DNA of 64,000 bases from NCBI GenBank assembly GCA_965219575.1, contig OZ244779.1:556769-620768 (forward strand). The letters are read 5' to 3'. Shown here piece after piece: positions 51,136 to 61,132 of the stretch. Source of the DNA: Candidatus Oxydemutatoraceae bacterium (lineage in GTDB: Bacteria; Pseudomonadota; Gammaproteobacteria; Poriferisulfidales; Oxydemutatoraceae). The translations under genes and the position numbers were made by a program. Every line of letters starts with the position of its first letter. The stretch's first letter is position 1. The notes below the pieces were generated by a model. That model saw nothing but the letters and a program-made list of their open reading frames with translations. It did not search any database and had not been told where the DNA came from.

Positions 51136-51541
51136 TTAATTTGCGTTCCATTTGTTTGAGGACATATTGAGCCTCTTGCAGAAAATCATCGGTTGCGTAG
51201 AAAACTTGATCGGCAATGCTTAAATCATAGGTATGAGAACTGTTATCTCTATTATTTTTATAGCCGAACCACTTCTCGGCATCCGATAAAATCCCTACTC
51301 TTTGAGCGTAACGAAAGATATCCCGAATAGGCATTTGATCGAAGTTTTCGTCGTAATATTCCTTTAAGTAACGAACCAGCATTTTGCGCGCCATTTCATA
51401 GCTAATAACAAATGCCTGAATAGCCCCTCTTTTTAGTGAGCGCTCGTGTTTTTCGTCCGTCCCCTTATATTTGTTATAGATAGTCAGAGACTCTTCCAAT
51501 GCTACGATAGTTTTCTTAAAACTACTCAAATCAAGTGCCAT
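51128..51541 (-). CDS. HI0074-family HEPN protein (toxin partner of MNT)
   Basis: IQAF..SYE and Rx4H motif RDNSSH; overlaps the MNT gene. Confidence 0.88.
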   Translation of the reverse strand: MALDLSSFKKTIVALEESLTIYNKYKGTDEKHERSLKRGAIQAFVISYEMARKMLVRYLKEYYDENFDQMPIRDIFRYAQRVGILSDAEKWFGYKNNRDNSSHTYDLSIADQVFYATDDFLQEAQYVLKQMERKLND

Positions 51542-51614
51542 AGGTTCCCATTCAATAATTAGAGATTCTAGAAAACATTTTTGTTAAGTAAACCAGTTTT
51601 CCATATTTTTCATA

Positions 51615-52367
51615 GGTACTTGACTAGTTTAGGGACAAAGTCCCACTCAAATATCCCTTACCATCTTCATTAGCATCTCATACTTTTGGGAGGCTGAAAG
51701 GTGTCTGTGATTGAATCGCCACTCGCATTCTTTTAGATGAAGGTGGAAATGTTTTCTCGACACGCCGCAGAACTTTGTTAATCTCCTTTTGGCCCATTCC
51801 CAGAAGTTTTCAATGCCATTGATATGTCTAGTACCACTGCCCAGTGTCTTTGAATGATTGATGCGGTAGTGTTTGTATCCATTCAACACCAACCCGTCAT
51901 AAGCTCTCCATTTATCTGTGTATATAGTACTCCTGTGTCCCACTAAACGCTTGATAATAGGTCGTATCTCGCTCTTTGAAGCATTGCGTATCACCTGCGT
52001 ATAGACCTTCCCATCTCTTTTTAATATGCCGAATACCGGTACTTTGTTCGGTGCACCTCTACCTCTTTTGTCTCCCTTTTTGCGACCACCGAAGTAGGAC
52101 TCATCGAACTCTACCTCGCCAGAGAATAGGCTCGTCTGCTCGCAGTGTTGTGCAATTCTTTCTCGGATTATATTGACATATCTATTCGCGGTATTTCTAT
52201 TGACCCCGGCTGCTTGTGCGATTTGGGTTGCACTCAGATCAAGGGCAAAATACCTCACAATTTGCCTTATTTTCCTGTTTGAAATATGTGCCCTTCTAAA
52301 ATGTCTGTTAGGTGTTGTCATTACTAGTTATTTTATCAAATCGTACTCCCTAAACTAGTCAAGTACC
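51615..52367 (-). mobile_element. Complete IS1595-family insertion sequence (IS1016-like, 753 bp)
   Basis: Perfect 21-bp TIR GGTACTTGACTAGTTTAGGGA; 8-bp TSD TTTTCATA at 51607-51614 and 52368-52375. Confidence 0.95.
51647..52321 (-). CDS. IS1595-family DDE transposase
   Basis: VEFDESYFGG, KRGRG, IYTD, HINGIENFW and ECEWRFN. Confidence 0.95.
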   Translation of the reverse strand: MTTPNRHFRRAHISNRKIRQIVRYFALDLSATQIAQAAGVNRNTANRYVNIIRERIAQHCEQTSLFSGEVEFDESYFGGRKKGDKRGRGAPNKVPVFGILKRDGKVYTQVIRNASKSEIRPIIKRLVGHRSTIYTDKWRAYDGLVLNGYKHYRINHSKTLGSGTRHINGIENFWEWAKRRLTKFCGVSRKHFHLHLKECEWRFNHRHLSASQKYEMLMKMVRDI

Positions 52368-52429
52368 TTTTCATATTTTATCATTTCTTTGATTCGTGAT
52401 AATTCATCAATGTATTCCGGGTTGGCATA

Positions 52430-52490
52430 ATGCTTTAAAGGTTCTGAACAACGCCATGCCGATTGCCTACCGGCTCAATCGGCCGTTCTA
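52430..52490. repeat. Modular repeat locus 13: hairpin D
   Basis: gccgattgcctaccggctcaatcggccgttcta; its terminal cta is the stop codon of the adjacent gene. Confidence 0.75.
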
Positions 52491-53729
52491 TTTTTTATTT
52501 TCAATATTGGGAACATCCATGTCGAATGGAAGCAGTTTCTTCCAAGCCTGGTCTGCTCTAGCTTTCCGTATAAGATTGTTTTGAGGAATAGAAATATAAT
52601 TTGAAGTATGATGCTGTTCTATTTTAGTCAGAGCAATAATTTTTATTGCAGGATTAAAGAATCTAATAGTGTTTATGAAAGAAGAACCTACAGTGTAGAT
52701 CATTTTGACTTTTGCCAATGTTAACATGTCAATCAAAGCATCTTGCCTTTGTTGATGCCCTGCATACGGTTCATGGCGGTGTAGTGATCGAAAGTCCTTA
52801 GACCGTATTATATCTCTGCTAACCACTCTACCGGAAAATGCTTCGTGTATCGCATTGATGAAATCTGCGTTATCCGAACATGCATAGATCTGATAATGGT
52901 CATCTATTACTTTTTTAAGATAATTAATATAGTTATCTATGCTAATTATTCTGTGTTCGTGGGTAACATCGGTTTGACGATAATGTACTCCTACACAGTC
53001 TTCCCTAATATTCTCATTACTCCATTGATCCGCTTGCTGCTGTATTTCCTGCTTGATAGATAGCTTTGAAATTATTTTATATCCGTATTCGCTGGAAATT
53101 TCACACTTAGTGAATTCTTCCCATAGGCTGGGGTATCTCTGTTTTCTATAATTCAGATCCACCAGCGGTTTCTTTAATCGTGTAAAATTCCTCGGATGGC
53201 ATGTTTTTGCATAATTCAAAACAGGATTTTCAAAGAAATTGCTACCACTAGTGATATAAGTATCGGGAAAAGTAAACTTGACATTAATACCTAGTTTTTC
53301 ACACAACCAAGCTACTCCGATTATTCTAGGAAAATAACTTCCTAGCGCAGGACACAGTATTTCTACATAAGCATAATCGGCTAAAGAGGTTTTGCGGTGT
53401 GCAGTATATTGTTTGAAGAAATCCTTATATAAAAAATCATATGCCTCTTTGAGGCGCTCATAATTATATCTAAATTTAAACTCTATTTTTCGAGGGAATC
53501 CATTATTGAAACAAGCAAAAGGATGTCGCATCAAAAACAAGGTGTTCCTAATCAATTGTCTGTGGATTCTTTTATAGCTAGCACCGGAACACTGCTCGGA
53601 AACACAGAAAAAAACATAGGCAATTATTATTCTGGCTTTAAGTATGTGAAAGTAATTAGTGATTTTAGAAAACATTTGCCAAGTACCTGTATAATAACTC
53701 AATTTTTGATATAGCGCATATTTTACCAT
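52488..53729 (-). CDS. NodZ / O-fucosyltransferase-like glycosyltransferase (AT-rich; start uncertain)
   Basis: VGVHYRQTD, IYACSD and ALIDMLTLAK...GSSF resemble GDP-fucose binding motifs I-III. Confidence 0.65.
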   Translation of the reverse strand: MVKYALYQKLSYYTGTWQMFSKITNYFHILKARIIIAYVFFCVSEQCSGASYKRIHRQLIRNTLFLMRHPFACFNNGFPRKIEFKFRYNYERLKEAYDFLYKDFFKQYTAHRKTSLADYAYVEILCPALGSYFPRIIGVAWLCEKLGINVKFTFPDTYITSGSNFFENPVLNYAKTCHPRNFTRLKKPLVDLNYRKQRYPSLWEEFTKCEISSEYGYKIISKLSIKQEIQQQADQWSNENIREDCVGVHYRQTDVTHEHRIISIDNYINYLKKVIDDHYQIYACSDNADFINAIHEAFSGRVVSRDIIRSKDFRSLHRHEPYAGHQQRQDALIDMLTLAKVKMIYTVGSSFINTIRFFNPAIKIIALTKIEQHHTSNYISIPQNNLIRKARADQAWKKLLPFDMDVPNIENKK

Positions 53730-53804
53730 CTTAAGGTAAGGAAACGAATATATACTGATGCATTACGCCGATACGAACATTGTATCTATTCATTGACCAG
53801 ACAT

Positions 53805-54620
53805 TCAACGCTGACAACGCGGACAATAAAAGGTTGAACGTTGTGCGATGCGGATTAGCCGTATCGGTGTTTTACACGATAGACAAGGTTCATCGGCTCG
53901 TTGATAGACATTGAGTGCTTGCTTGAAGTAACCGGGTTGCCCGTCTTCGGCGACAAAATTCCGCAGTGTAGTGCCACCCTCTTTGATGGCGTTTTTTAAT
54001 GTGACACGGACTGCCTCAACTATAGATTCATAACGAATGAGAGAGAGGCGCCCGGCAGAACGCCCGGGATGCACGTGCGCCTCATATAGGGCTTCGTTTG
54101 CATAGATATTGCCGATGCCGACAACAATGCGACTATCCATAAGAAAACTTTTAACGGCAAGTTTACGCCCTCGAGACATCCGGTATAGATACTCACCGTT
54201 GAAGTCCGCACTCAACGGTTCGGGACCGAGAGCTCGCAATAACTTGTGCTGCATCGGGTCTTTTGCCGTCCACAGAATCAAACCGAACTTTCTAGGATCG
54301 CAAAAGCGTAGCACACGGTTATCATTCATGCCGATATCTACATGGTCGTGCGGACCGGCGGTAGATGTTTTATCAAGTATGCGCAGGCTACCCGACATAC
54401 CCAAATGGTAAATCAGGCAACCGGACTCAAGCCTGATTAGCAGATACTTTGCGCGCCGCTCTACCGCCTTAATACAAAGTCCGTTAATTCTTTGTTCCAG
54501 TCCTTTAGGTACTGGATAACGCAGACGCCTTTGACGTACGACGACCTTGTGTATACATCTGTCTATCAAATGCAACGACAAACCTCGCCGCACCGTTTCT
54601 ACTTCGGGAAGTTCGGGCAT
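53805..54620 (-). CDS. mutM: Formamidopyrimidine-DNA glycosylase
   Basis: MPELPEVE, HLGMSG, GIGNIY and C-terminal zinc finger. Confidence 0.97.
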   Translation of the reverse strand: MPELPEVETVRRGLSLHLIDRCIHKVVVRQRRLRYPVPKGLEQRINGLCIKAVERRAKYLLIRLESGCLIYHLGMSGSLRILDKTSTAGPHDHVDIGMNDNRVLRFCDPRKFGLILWTAKDPMQHKLLRALGPEPLSADFNGEYLYRMSRGRKLAVKSFLMDSRIVVGIGNIYANEALYEAHVHPGRSAGRLSLIRYESIVEAVRVTLKNAIKEGGTTLRNFVAEDGQPGYFKQALNVYQRADEPCLSCKTPIRLIRIAQRSTFYCPRCQR

Positions 54621-55558
54621 CACTCATCTATAGGGTCGGATAGAACCATCGCCTCTATTTCCAGGAGTAGTTCGGTACGGCACATCTGTCCTTCGAACAC
54701 TTGTAATTCGTTATCCGAACCTAAATGTTTATCAATCAATGTGGCGATGTTTGCCGATACGCGCTTGTCTACATACAGTTTGATGTGTCGCAATCGGTCA
54801 ATCGGCATTTTGCTATAACGATGTTCCGTTTTGGCCGCTTCGCTCAATAACGAGTTTAGATTATTCACTATCTCGTTTAGTTGTGCGTCTGCATCACCCT
54901 CGTGCAGGCTCGTATGACCTACGATTGCAGCGGTGCCGGAAATATAAAGATGGTTTTGATCACCCCATTGTTTTAGCGTTGCGCGTGCAAACATAGGTGC
55001 CGGTTCTACATAGTGTTTAGGATACAAATGCGGTAAGGCTTGACGAGGATTGTTGACGGCGATACCCGCTTTGCGAGCCGCAATAAAATAGACCACACCG
55101 TAATCCGACCCTGTTCCGATTACAGTCGCTGCACAATAAGAATCTTCTTCGTGCGAGGAAAAAGCCTGCGCCCTTGCATCGCAAAACACTTGATAATCGG
55201 GTGGGTCGGCAAGTTGTGGCAGATAGTGCCAAACCCTCAACAACGAATAATGCTCCGAGTTTAATAGTTGCACTATGTCTTTGTATGTTTCTCGTAAATC
55301 TTCGGCAATACGCTTTTGATCGAGTTCGGCGTGCCCGAATAAGACGGCATCGTTGAAGGCATAAGACAATTTCCCGCGTTTTCCGAGACGAACCGGTTGG
55401 TCGGCATACCAATTCTCAAAAGGCTGTATCTGCCGCAAAGGCATCAAGTTTGTTTTTATAACACCTTCGGGTGCGTATGCTTTCAAGGCAATGCTGGCGA
55501 GGCGGCGTGGATGGTCAAACGACAAGGGTTCTTTTTCAAGCCGTATTTCAAAAGGCAT
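54620..55558 (-). CDS. FkbO/Hyg5 (XanB2-like) chorismate-transforming enzyme
   Basis: LLRVWHYL, Y..FC..R, AATVIG, NPRQ, F.RA, ISGTAAIVGH and CR.ELLLEIE. Confidence 0.8.
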   Translation of the reverse strand: MPFEIRLEKEPLSFDHPRRLASIALKAYAPEGVIKTNLMPLRQIQPFENWYADQPVRLGKRGKLSYAFNDAVLFGHAELDQKRIAEDLRETYKDIVQLLNSEHYSLLRVWHYLPQLADPPDYQVFCDARAQAFSSHEEDSYCAATVIGTGSDYGVVYFIAARKAGIAVNNPRQALPHLYPKHYVEPAPMFARATLKQWGDQNHLYISGTAAIVGHTSLHEGDADAQLNEIVNNLNSLLSEAAKTEHRYSKMPIDRLRHIKLYVDKRVSANIATLIDKHLGSDNELQVFEGQMCRTELLLEIEAMVLSDPIDE

Positions 55559-55870
55559 GGGACTGTTGAAAATGTACTGTGATTGCAGAAATCCAACCGC
55601 CGTCCGCCATTGAATTTACGATAACCACCAAGCCGTAGGGGCGGACTGGCATGTCCGCCCGTAACGCGTTTGTCGGCACGATTTATACATTCATTCACCC
55701 GATTTATGGAAACCAAAACCAAATGGCGCAAGCGGTTCTGGCTGTGCAGAACGGTACTTTAGGGCGGACATGCTAGTCCACCCTTACGGTGCATGAAATA
55801 CTTTTTCAACGGTCCCACGACACAACCACCTCGTCAGGCTGAGCCTGCCACCCCTCCAAAGGAGGGGAAT
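55559..55870. mobile_element. Repeat locus 14: MITE-like element (55559-55816) + palindrome A
   Basis: gggactgttgaaaa ... ttttcaacggtccc with an inverted REP pair. Confidence 0.85.
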
Positions 55871-55883
55871 TGACTCGTGTAAA

Positions 55884-56918
55884 TTAAGGACAAGGGTTCG
55901 GAATCCGGTGATGCGTTTTCTCTATTTCTTCCAACACATCCTTCGATAGCTCGACATTTACGCTGTCGATATTGGCTTTGAGCTGTTCCATCGTGGTTGC
56001 ACCGATAATATTGCTGGTCAAAAAAGAGCGCGTATTGACATACGCAAGTGCCATTTGTGCCGGATCCAATCCTGCCTGTTCGGCAATCTTGCAGTAATGC
56101 TCGGTTGCGACTACACCCAAGTCATTGCTATAGCGGCTGAAGAAATCAAACAACGTTAAGCGCGCCTTATCGGGTTTTTTACCGCCCAGATATTTGCCGC
56201 TCAACACACCGAAACCCAAAGGCGAATAAGCCAACAAACCGACTTGTTCGCGATGTGCAATTTCTGCCAGTCCGACTTCGAAGGTACGATTCAATAGACT
56301 GTACGGGTTCTGCACGCTGACTACTTTCGGCCAGTTATGCTGCGATGCAAGATTCAGATAGCGCATCGTTCCCCACGGTGTTTCGTTGGATATCCCCACA
56401 TAGCGCACCTTGCCTGCTTTTACCAAATCGTTTAATGCCTCTAAGGTCTCGGCGATAGGTGTGGAGTCATCGGTTTCTTTGTGTGTATAACCCAAATCAC
56501 CGAAAAAGTTAGTCTTGCGAGACGGCCAGTGGACTTGGTATAAATCGATATAGTCGGTTCCGATACGTTGTAGGCTTTGTTCCAATGCTTCGATGATTTG
56601 ATCGCGTGTCAATTCCGGTCCGCCCCGTATATAACTCTGCATCCCCGGCCCCGATACTTTGGTGGCAATAATCAAGCTCTCTCTATCGGAGTAATCGGCG
56701 AGCCAGCTACCGAAATAATGTTCGGTTAATCCTTGTGTTTCCGCTTTAGGAGGCACCGGATACATCTCGGCTAGGTCTATAAAGTTAACACCTTGTTCAA
56801 CGGCAAAATCCAACTGTCGGTGTGCTTCTTGCTCGGTGTTTTGTTCACCCCATGTCATCGTGCCTAGACAAATCACACTGACCTTAACGGAGGTGTTCGA
56901 GAGTGGGCGATATTCCAT
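55884..56918 (-). CDS. tas: NADP(H)-dependent aldo-keto reductase (Tas)
   Basis: LGTMTWGEQN, AEMYPVPP, DLYQVHWP and SNETPWG. Confidence 0.92.
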   Translation of the reverse strand: MEYRPLSNTSVKVSVICLGTMTWGEQNTEQEAHRQLDFAVEQGVNFIDLAEMYPVPPKAETQGLTEHYFGSWLADYSDRESLIIATKVSGPGMQSYIRGGPELTRDQIIEALEQSLQRIGTDYIDLYQVHWPSRKTNFFGDLGYTHKETDDSTPIAETLEALNDLVKAGKVRYVGISNETPWGTMRYLNLASQHNWPKVVSVQNPYSLLNRTFEVGLAEIAHREQVGLLAYSPLGFGVLSGKYLGGKKPDKARLTLFDFFSRYSNDLGVVATEHYCKIAEQAGLDPAQMALAYVNTRSFLTSNIIGATTMEQLKANIDSVNVELSKDVLEEIEKTHHRIPNPCP

Positions 56919-56992
56919 TTTTTTAGCTTCAATAAGAAAGTTGGTGTGTGTGCTATGCTAGTATAACCTTTTACGATGACAATACAAACTAT

Positions 56993-58864
56993 ATGCTTCA
57001 CAATTTACCGATCCTAAAAAGAACAAACAAAGTATTACTAGGACTTTATAAAAACATAACACCTTTTCTAGGCTGGGTCGGTGAATTAAAAAATACGCAA
57101 GTAATCAGAGCCGACTTACTGGCGGGTACAACGGTAGCACTCGTGTTGGTACCCCAATCTATGGCGTACGCACAGCTCGCAGGATTGCCGCCGTATTACG
57201 GTTTGTATGCCTCTTGCCTTCCCGTTGCTATCGCCGCCTTATTCGGTTCTTCGCGCCAGCTGGCGACAGGTCCGGTTGCCGTAGTATCGCTATTAACCGC
57301 ATCTGCGATAGAGCCGTTTGCGGTGAGCGGTGGAGAGGGTTATTTTGTGTATGCGGTGATGTTGGCATTGATGGTCGGCATCGTACAACTGACATTAGGT
57401 ATAGTACGTCTGGGCATGATGGTGGACTTTCTCTCCCATCCGGTGGTCACCGGCTTCACCAACGCTGCGGCGATTATTATTGCAACCTCTCAACTCAACA
57501 ATATTTTCGGTGTAGAAGTAGATAGATCCGAATATCACTATCAAGTCGTCTGGGATACGTTAAAAGCTGCATGGGATAATATTCATCTGCCGACTTTATC
57601 GGTCGCGGTAGGTTCTTTGGCATTGATGATAGCACTAAAGAGATACCTGCCTAAATTACCTTATGTTTTGATTGCAGTCATTATAGCTACTTTAGTCTCT
57701 TGGTTGTTTGATTTTGAGGCGAACGGCGGTCGCGTCGTAGGTGACATTCCGCAAGGGTTGCCGTCTTTCGAACTTCCAATCGTCAGCTTGGCGATGATAC
57801 AAGAAATGGTAGGGGTTGCGTTGGCGATTGCGCTCATCGGTTTTATGGAGGCGATATCGATCGCCAAAGCAATGGCGGTTCAAACCAGGCAACGGCTGGA
57901 TGCAGATCAGGAACTCATCGGACAAGGCTTATCCAATATAACCTCCAGCGCGTTTCAAGGTTATGCGGTCTCGGGGTCGTTTTCGCGGTCGGCGGTTAAC
58001 ATAAATACCGGTGCGGTTACCGGTTTTTCCTCTATCGTGACCGCAATACTAATCGGTTTCACACTGCTGTTTCTAACACCTTTGCTATACCACTTGCCGC
58101 AAGCAACCTTGGCGTCGGTGATCATTCTAGCCGTTGCCTCGCTGGTGCGGATCAAGTCGTTCAAAAATATATGGCGCATACAATATCAGGACGGCCTCGT
58201 TGCGATAGTAACTTTTGTGCTTACATTACTCTTTGCGCCCCATCTGGAAAACGGTATTTTAATCGGTGTGGTGCTGTCCTTAGGGCTTTATTTATACCGC
58301 ACGATGCGTCCCGATATTTCTTTACTCGGCAGACACACCGACGGCAGTTTAAGGGATGCCGCTAAATATATCCTCAAAATATGTCCCCAAATCGCGATTG
58401 TGCGCTTCGGTGGTCGTTTATTTTTTGCAAATACGGGTTATTTCCACGACAAAATACTGGAGCGAGTTAGCAACCAGCCGGAACTTAGATTCATTATCAT
58501 AGACGCGGTTTCGATGAACGAAATAGACGCAACGGGACAGGAGATGCTATACGAGTTGGCACGCACTTTGGTGGAACAAGACATAGAATTTTTATTCGCC
58601 CGCCCACCTATGGAAGTGATGAATACTTTTGAACGCAGCGGTTTCGCTAGCGAAGAGTGGGCCGATCATTTCTTTAATTCTCGCGACCAAGCACTGCAAT
58701 ACGCATGGACACAATTAGCCAAACAGAAACGCACTTGCTCGGTGGAAGACTGCAAAGCCAAAGATATGTCGGGTTGTATTTTGAGAAAAAATCGCCGTGT
58801 GCCTAGTCAATTACTAAGAATGATGGGAAGCGGGCTACCCAAACATAGCACCTCGGCTAATTAG
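56993..58864 (+). CDS. SulP family anion transporter with STAS domain
   Basis: VPQSMAYAQLAG, GSFSRSA and STAS IDATG motifs. Confidence 0.93.
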   Translation: MLHNLPILKRTNKVLLGLYKNITPFLGWVGELKNTQVIRADLLAGTTVALVLVPQSMAYAQLAGLPPYYGLYASCLPVAIAALFGSSRQLATGPVAVVSLLTASAIEPFAVSGGEGYFVYAVMLALMVGIVQLTLGIVRLGMMVDFLSHPVVTGFTNAAAIIIATSQLNNIFGVEVDRSEYHYQVVWDTLKAAWDNIHLPTLSVAVGSLALMIALKRYLPKLPYVLIAVIIATLVSWLFDFEANGGRVVGDIPQGLPSFELPIVSLAMIQEMVGVALAIALIGFMEAISIAKAMAVQTRQRLDADQELIGQGLSNITSSAFQGYAVSGSFSRSAVNINTGAVTGFSSIVTAILIGFTLLFLTPLLYHLPQATLASVIILAVASLVRIKSFKNIWRIQYQDGLVAIVTFVLTLLFAPHLENGILIGVVLSLGLYLYRTMRPDISLLGRHTDGSLRDAAKYILKICPQIAIVRFGGRLFFANTGYFHDKILERVSNQPELRFIIIDAVSMNEIDATGQEMLYELARTLVEQDIEFLFARPPMEVMNTFERSGFASEEWADHFFNSRDQALQYAWTQLAKQKRTCSVEDCKAKDMSGCILRKNRRVPSQLLRMMGSGLPKHSTSAN

Positions 58865-59568
58865 CGACAATCATTCCCTTTCTGTGGAGGGGAATGTACT
58901 GGCACTTTATATTGCAAATCATGAATGGGGTGATTCAACGCTTTTCCGCGTCGTTCAAATCCGGTAATCGGACGCAGTGGCGGTGTGTCTATTTTTTGAT
59001 AGCGATTACTCTCGGCAATCGCAGTATGCATCTCTTCGGCATAATCATCCCAATCGGTAGCTAGCTGTAACACACCGTCCGGACAGAGTTTATCGGCTAG
59101 CATATCGACAAAACTCGTTTGTATCAGTCTACGCTTATGGTGCCGCTTTTTAGGCCACGGGTCCGGAAACAAAATTAAAATTTTGTTCAGGCTACCGTTC
59201 GTAAAACATTGCGGCACCGCTACTGCCGCATCCTCGCGTATTATCTTTATATTGCTCAGTGCCTTGGTTTTAATTTTATTCAGCAATGCGCCGATCCCGG
59301 GCGGATATACCTCTATCCCTATAAAATCGGTATCGGGGTCGGTTTCCGCCATAGCTGCCAATACTTCGCCGTTCCCGAAACCGATCTCCAACACCCTCGG
59401 AGCCTTGCGCTTGAAAATAGTCTCTAGATCGAGCGGCAAGTGGTTATTGACATCTATGCCGTAATCCTTCCAATATGCCTGCAACGCATATCGTTGCGCT
59501 TTTGTGGCGCGTCCGCCGCGTAACACATAGCTGCGTATCGGATAGTGCAGCGGTGCAGATTTCAACAT
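58861..59568 (-). CDS. trmB: tRNA (guanine-N7)-methyltransferase
   Basis: IRSYVLR.GR, LEIGFGNG, FPDPWPKKRHHKRRL and ATDW; the real start is about 59568 because the ORF track extends into thiG. Confidence 0.95.
   Translation of the reverse strand: MLKSAPLHYPIRSYVLRGGRATKAQRYALQAYWKDYGIDVNNHLPLDLETIFKRKAPRVLEIGFGNGEVLAAMAETDPDTDFIGIEVYPPGIGALLNKIKTKALSNIKIIREDAAVAVPQCFTNGSLNKILILFPDPWPKKRHHKRRLIQTSFVDMLADKLCPDGVLQLATDWDDYAEEMHTAIAESNRYQKIDTPPLRPITGFERRGKALNHPIHDLQYKVPVHSPPQKGNDCR
58873..58905. repeat. Palindrome A half-copy inside the trmB 3' end
   Basis: attccctttctgtggaggggaatgtactggcac. Confidence 0.7.
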
Positions 59569-59588
59569 TCGGAGTATCGTTTTAGGGC

Positions 59589-60380
59589 TTAGAAAAATAA
59601 TTGCTCGGAGGGCGACGATGCCGATGCAAAACGACGCTTGGGCATGCGCCCGGCGAGCCATGCCATGCGCCCCGACTCCACAGCTTTTTTCATTGCCTTT
59701 GCCATCAATACGGGGTCTTCGGCTTCGGCTATCGCAGTATTCATCAATACACCGTCGCAACCGAGTTCCATTGCGATTGCGGCATCGGAGGCGGTGCCTA
59801 CACCTGCATCTACGATAATCGGTACTTGTGCATTTTCCACGATACTTAAGATATTGTACGGATTGCGTATACCCAAACCCGAACCTATGGGTGCCGCCAA
59901 AGGCATAACGGCAACACAACCGGCTTGCTCGAACTGCTTCGCTGCAATCGGGTCGTCGTTGGTATATACCATCACATCAAAACCTTCTTTGACTAAAACT
60001 TCGGTGGCGTGTAGGGTTTGAACGATATGTGGGAACAAGGTCTCGGAGTCGCCCAAGACTTCCAACTTCACTAATCGATTACCATCCAACAACTCGCGTG
60101 CAAGTCGGCAAGTACGTATTGCGTCCTCGGCTGTGTAACAACCTGCGGTGTTCGGCAATATCGTGTAGCGATCGGGTGGCACGATATCCAGTAGATTGGG
60201 CCGACCCTTTTCTTGACCGACATTCGTGCGCCTGATAGCGACCGTCACAATCTCGACACCCGAGGCTTCTATCGCATCTAAAGTCTCGGAGAAGTCTCGA
60301 TACTTACCGGTGCCGAGTAACAGACGAGAGCCATAGTCTTTGCCGGCAATGTTCAGGGTCGTGTCCGCTCTTTTAGCCAT
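59589..60380 (-). CDS. thiG: Thiazole synthase
   Basis: [25 protein letters not shown] and DAGVG. Confidence 0.97.
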   Translation of the reverse strand: MAKRADTTLNIAGKDYGSRLLLGTGKYRDFSETLDAIEASGVEIVTVAIRRTNVGQEKGRPNLLDIVPPDRYTILPNTAGCYTAEDAIRTCRLARELLDGNRLVKLEVLGDSETLFPHIVQTLHATEVLVKEGFDVMVYTNDDPIAAKQFEQAGCVAVMPLAAPIGSGLGIRNPYNILSIVENAQVPIIVDAGVGTASDAAIAMELGCDGVLMNTAIAEAEDPVLMAKAMKKAVESGRMAWLAGRMPKRRFASASSPSEQLFF

Positions 60381-60394
60381 CGGCTATCGGTGTG

Positions 60395-60607
60395 TCAGCC
60401 GCCGCCGATTGCTTCTATAATCTCAACCCGATCCCCGTCGCATAACTCGGTTTGTTCGTGCCAAGATTGCGGCACAATTTCTCGGTTAATTTCTACCGCG
60501 ATTTTACGCTCGGTCAACGCAAGCATCCGTATTAAAGTGGATACGGTCGTGCCTTTTTTTAAGCTACGATCAGTACCGTTGACTTGAATCCGAACTTGTG
60601 TGTGCAT
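60395..60607 (-). CDS. thiS: Sulfur carrier protein ThiS
   Basis: AVEIN.EIVP and C-terminal GGG; upstream of thiG. Confidence 0.95.
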   Translation of the reverse strand: MHTQVRIQVNGTDRSLKKGTTVSTLIRMLALTERKIAVEINREIVPQSWHEQTELCDGDRVEIIEAIGGG

Positions 60608-60620
60608 GACGGCACCGCAA

Positions 60621-61088
60621 TTAGATATTTAGGGCGGCTTCCAATACCTCGTTTACGTGATTAATCACTTTAACTTTGCGCCACTCTTGTCTTAAGATAC
60701 CTTTCTCGTCTATCAGGAAAGTACTACGCTCGATGCCGCGCACCTTTTTGCCGAACATACTCTTCTGCTTGATGACATCGAATAGCGTACAGAGTTTTTC
60801 GTCGTTGTCGGATAGAAGGTCAAAAGGAAATTGATACTTGTCCTTAAACTTCTCGTGAGAACCGATGCTGTCGCGCGATACGCCGACGATTTTGATATTG
60901 TGTTTCGCAAAACTATCCGCCTTGCTTTTGAAATCTTTGCTTTCCATAGTGCAACCCGGCGTATTATCTTTAGGGTAGAAATAAATCACAAGTTTAGAAC
61001 CCTTAAAATCCGATAAACTAATTTCATTACCGCCGGTGGCGGACAGCTTAAAATTAGGCACCTTTTTGCCAACTACTACTTTATCCAT
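60621..61088 (-). CDS. bcp: Peroxiredoxin (BCP family)
   Basis: YFYPKDNTPGCT and RSTFLID. Confidence 0.9.
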   Translation of the reverse strand: MDKVVVGKKVPNFKLSATGGNEISLSDFKGSKLVIYFYPKDNTPGCTMESKDFKSKADSFAKHNIKIVGVSRDSIGSHEKFKDKYQFPFDLLSDNDEKLCTLFDVIKQKSMFGKKVRGIERSTFLIDEKGILRQEWRKVKVINHVNEVLEAALNI

Positions 61089-61132
61089 ATCTCCGCTAAA
61101 TGTTTAATTAATATCAAAAGGAGTATTCTACA

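Noticed and set aside
59569-59919. Long N-terminal extension of TrmB in the ORF track
   Set aside because: It overlaps thiG in another frame; TrmB similarity starts near 59568.
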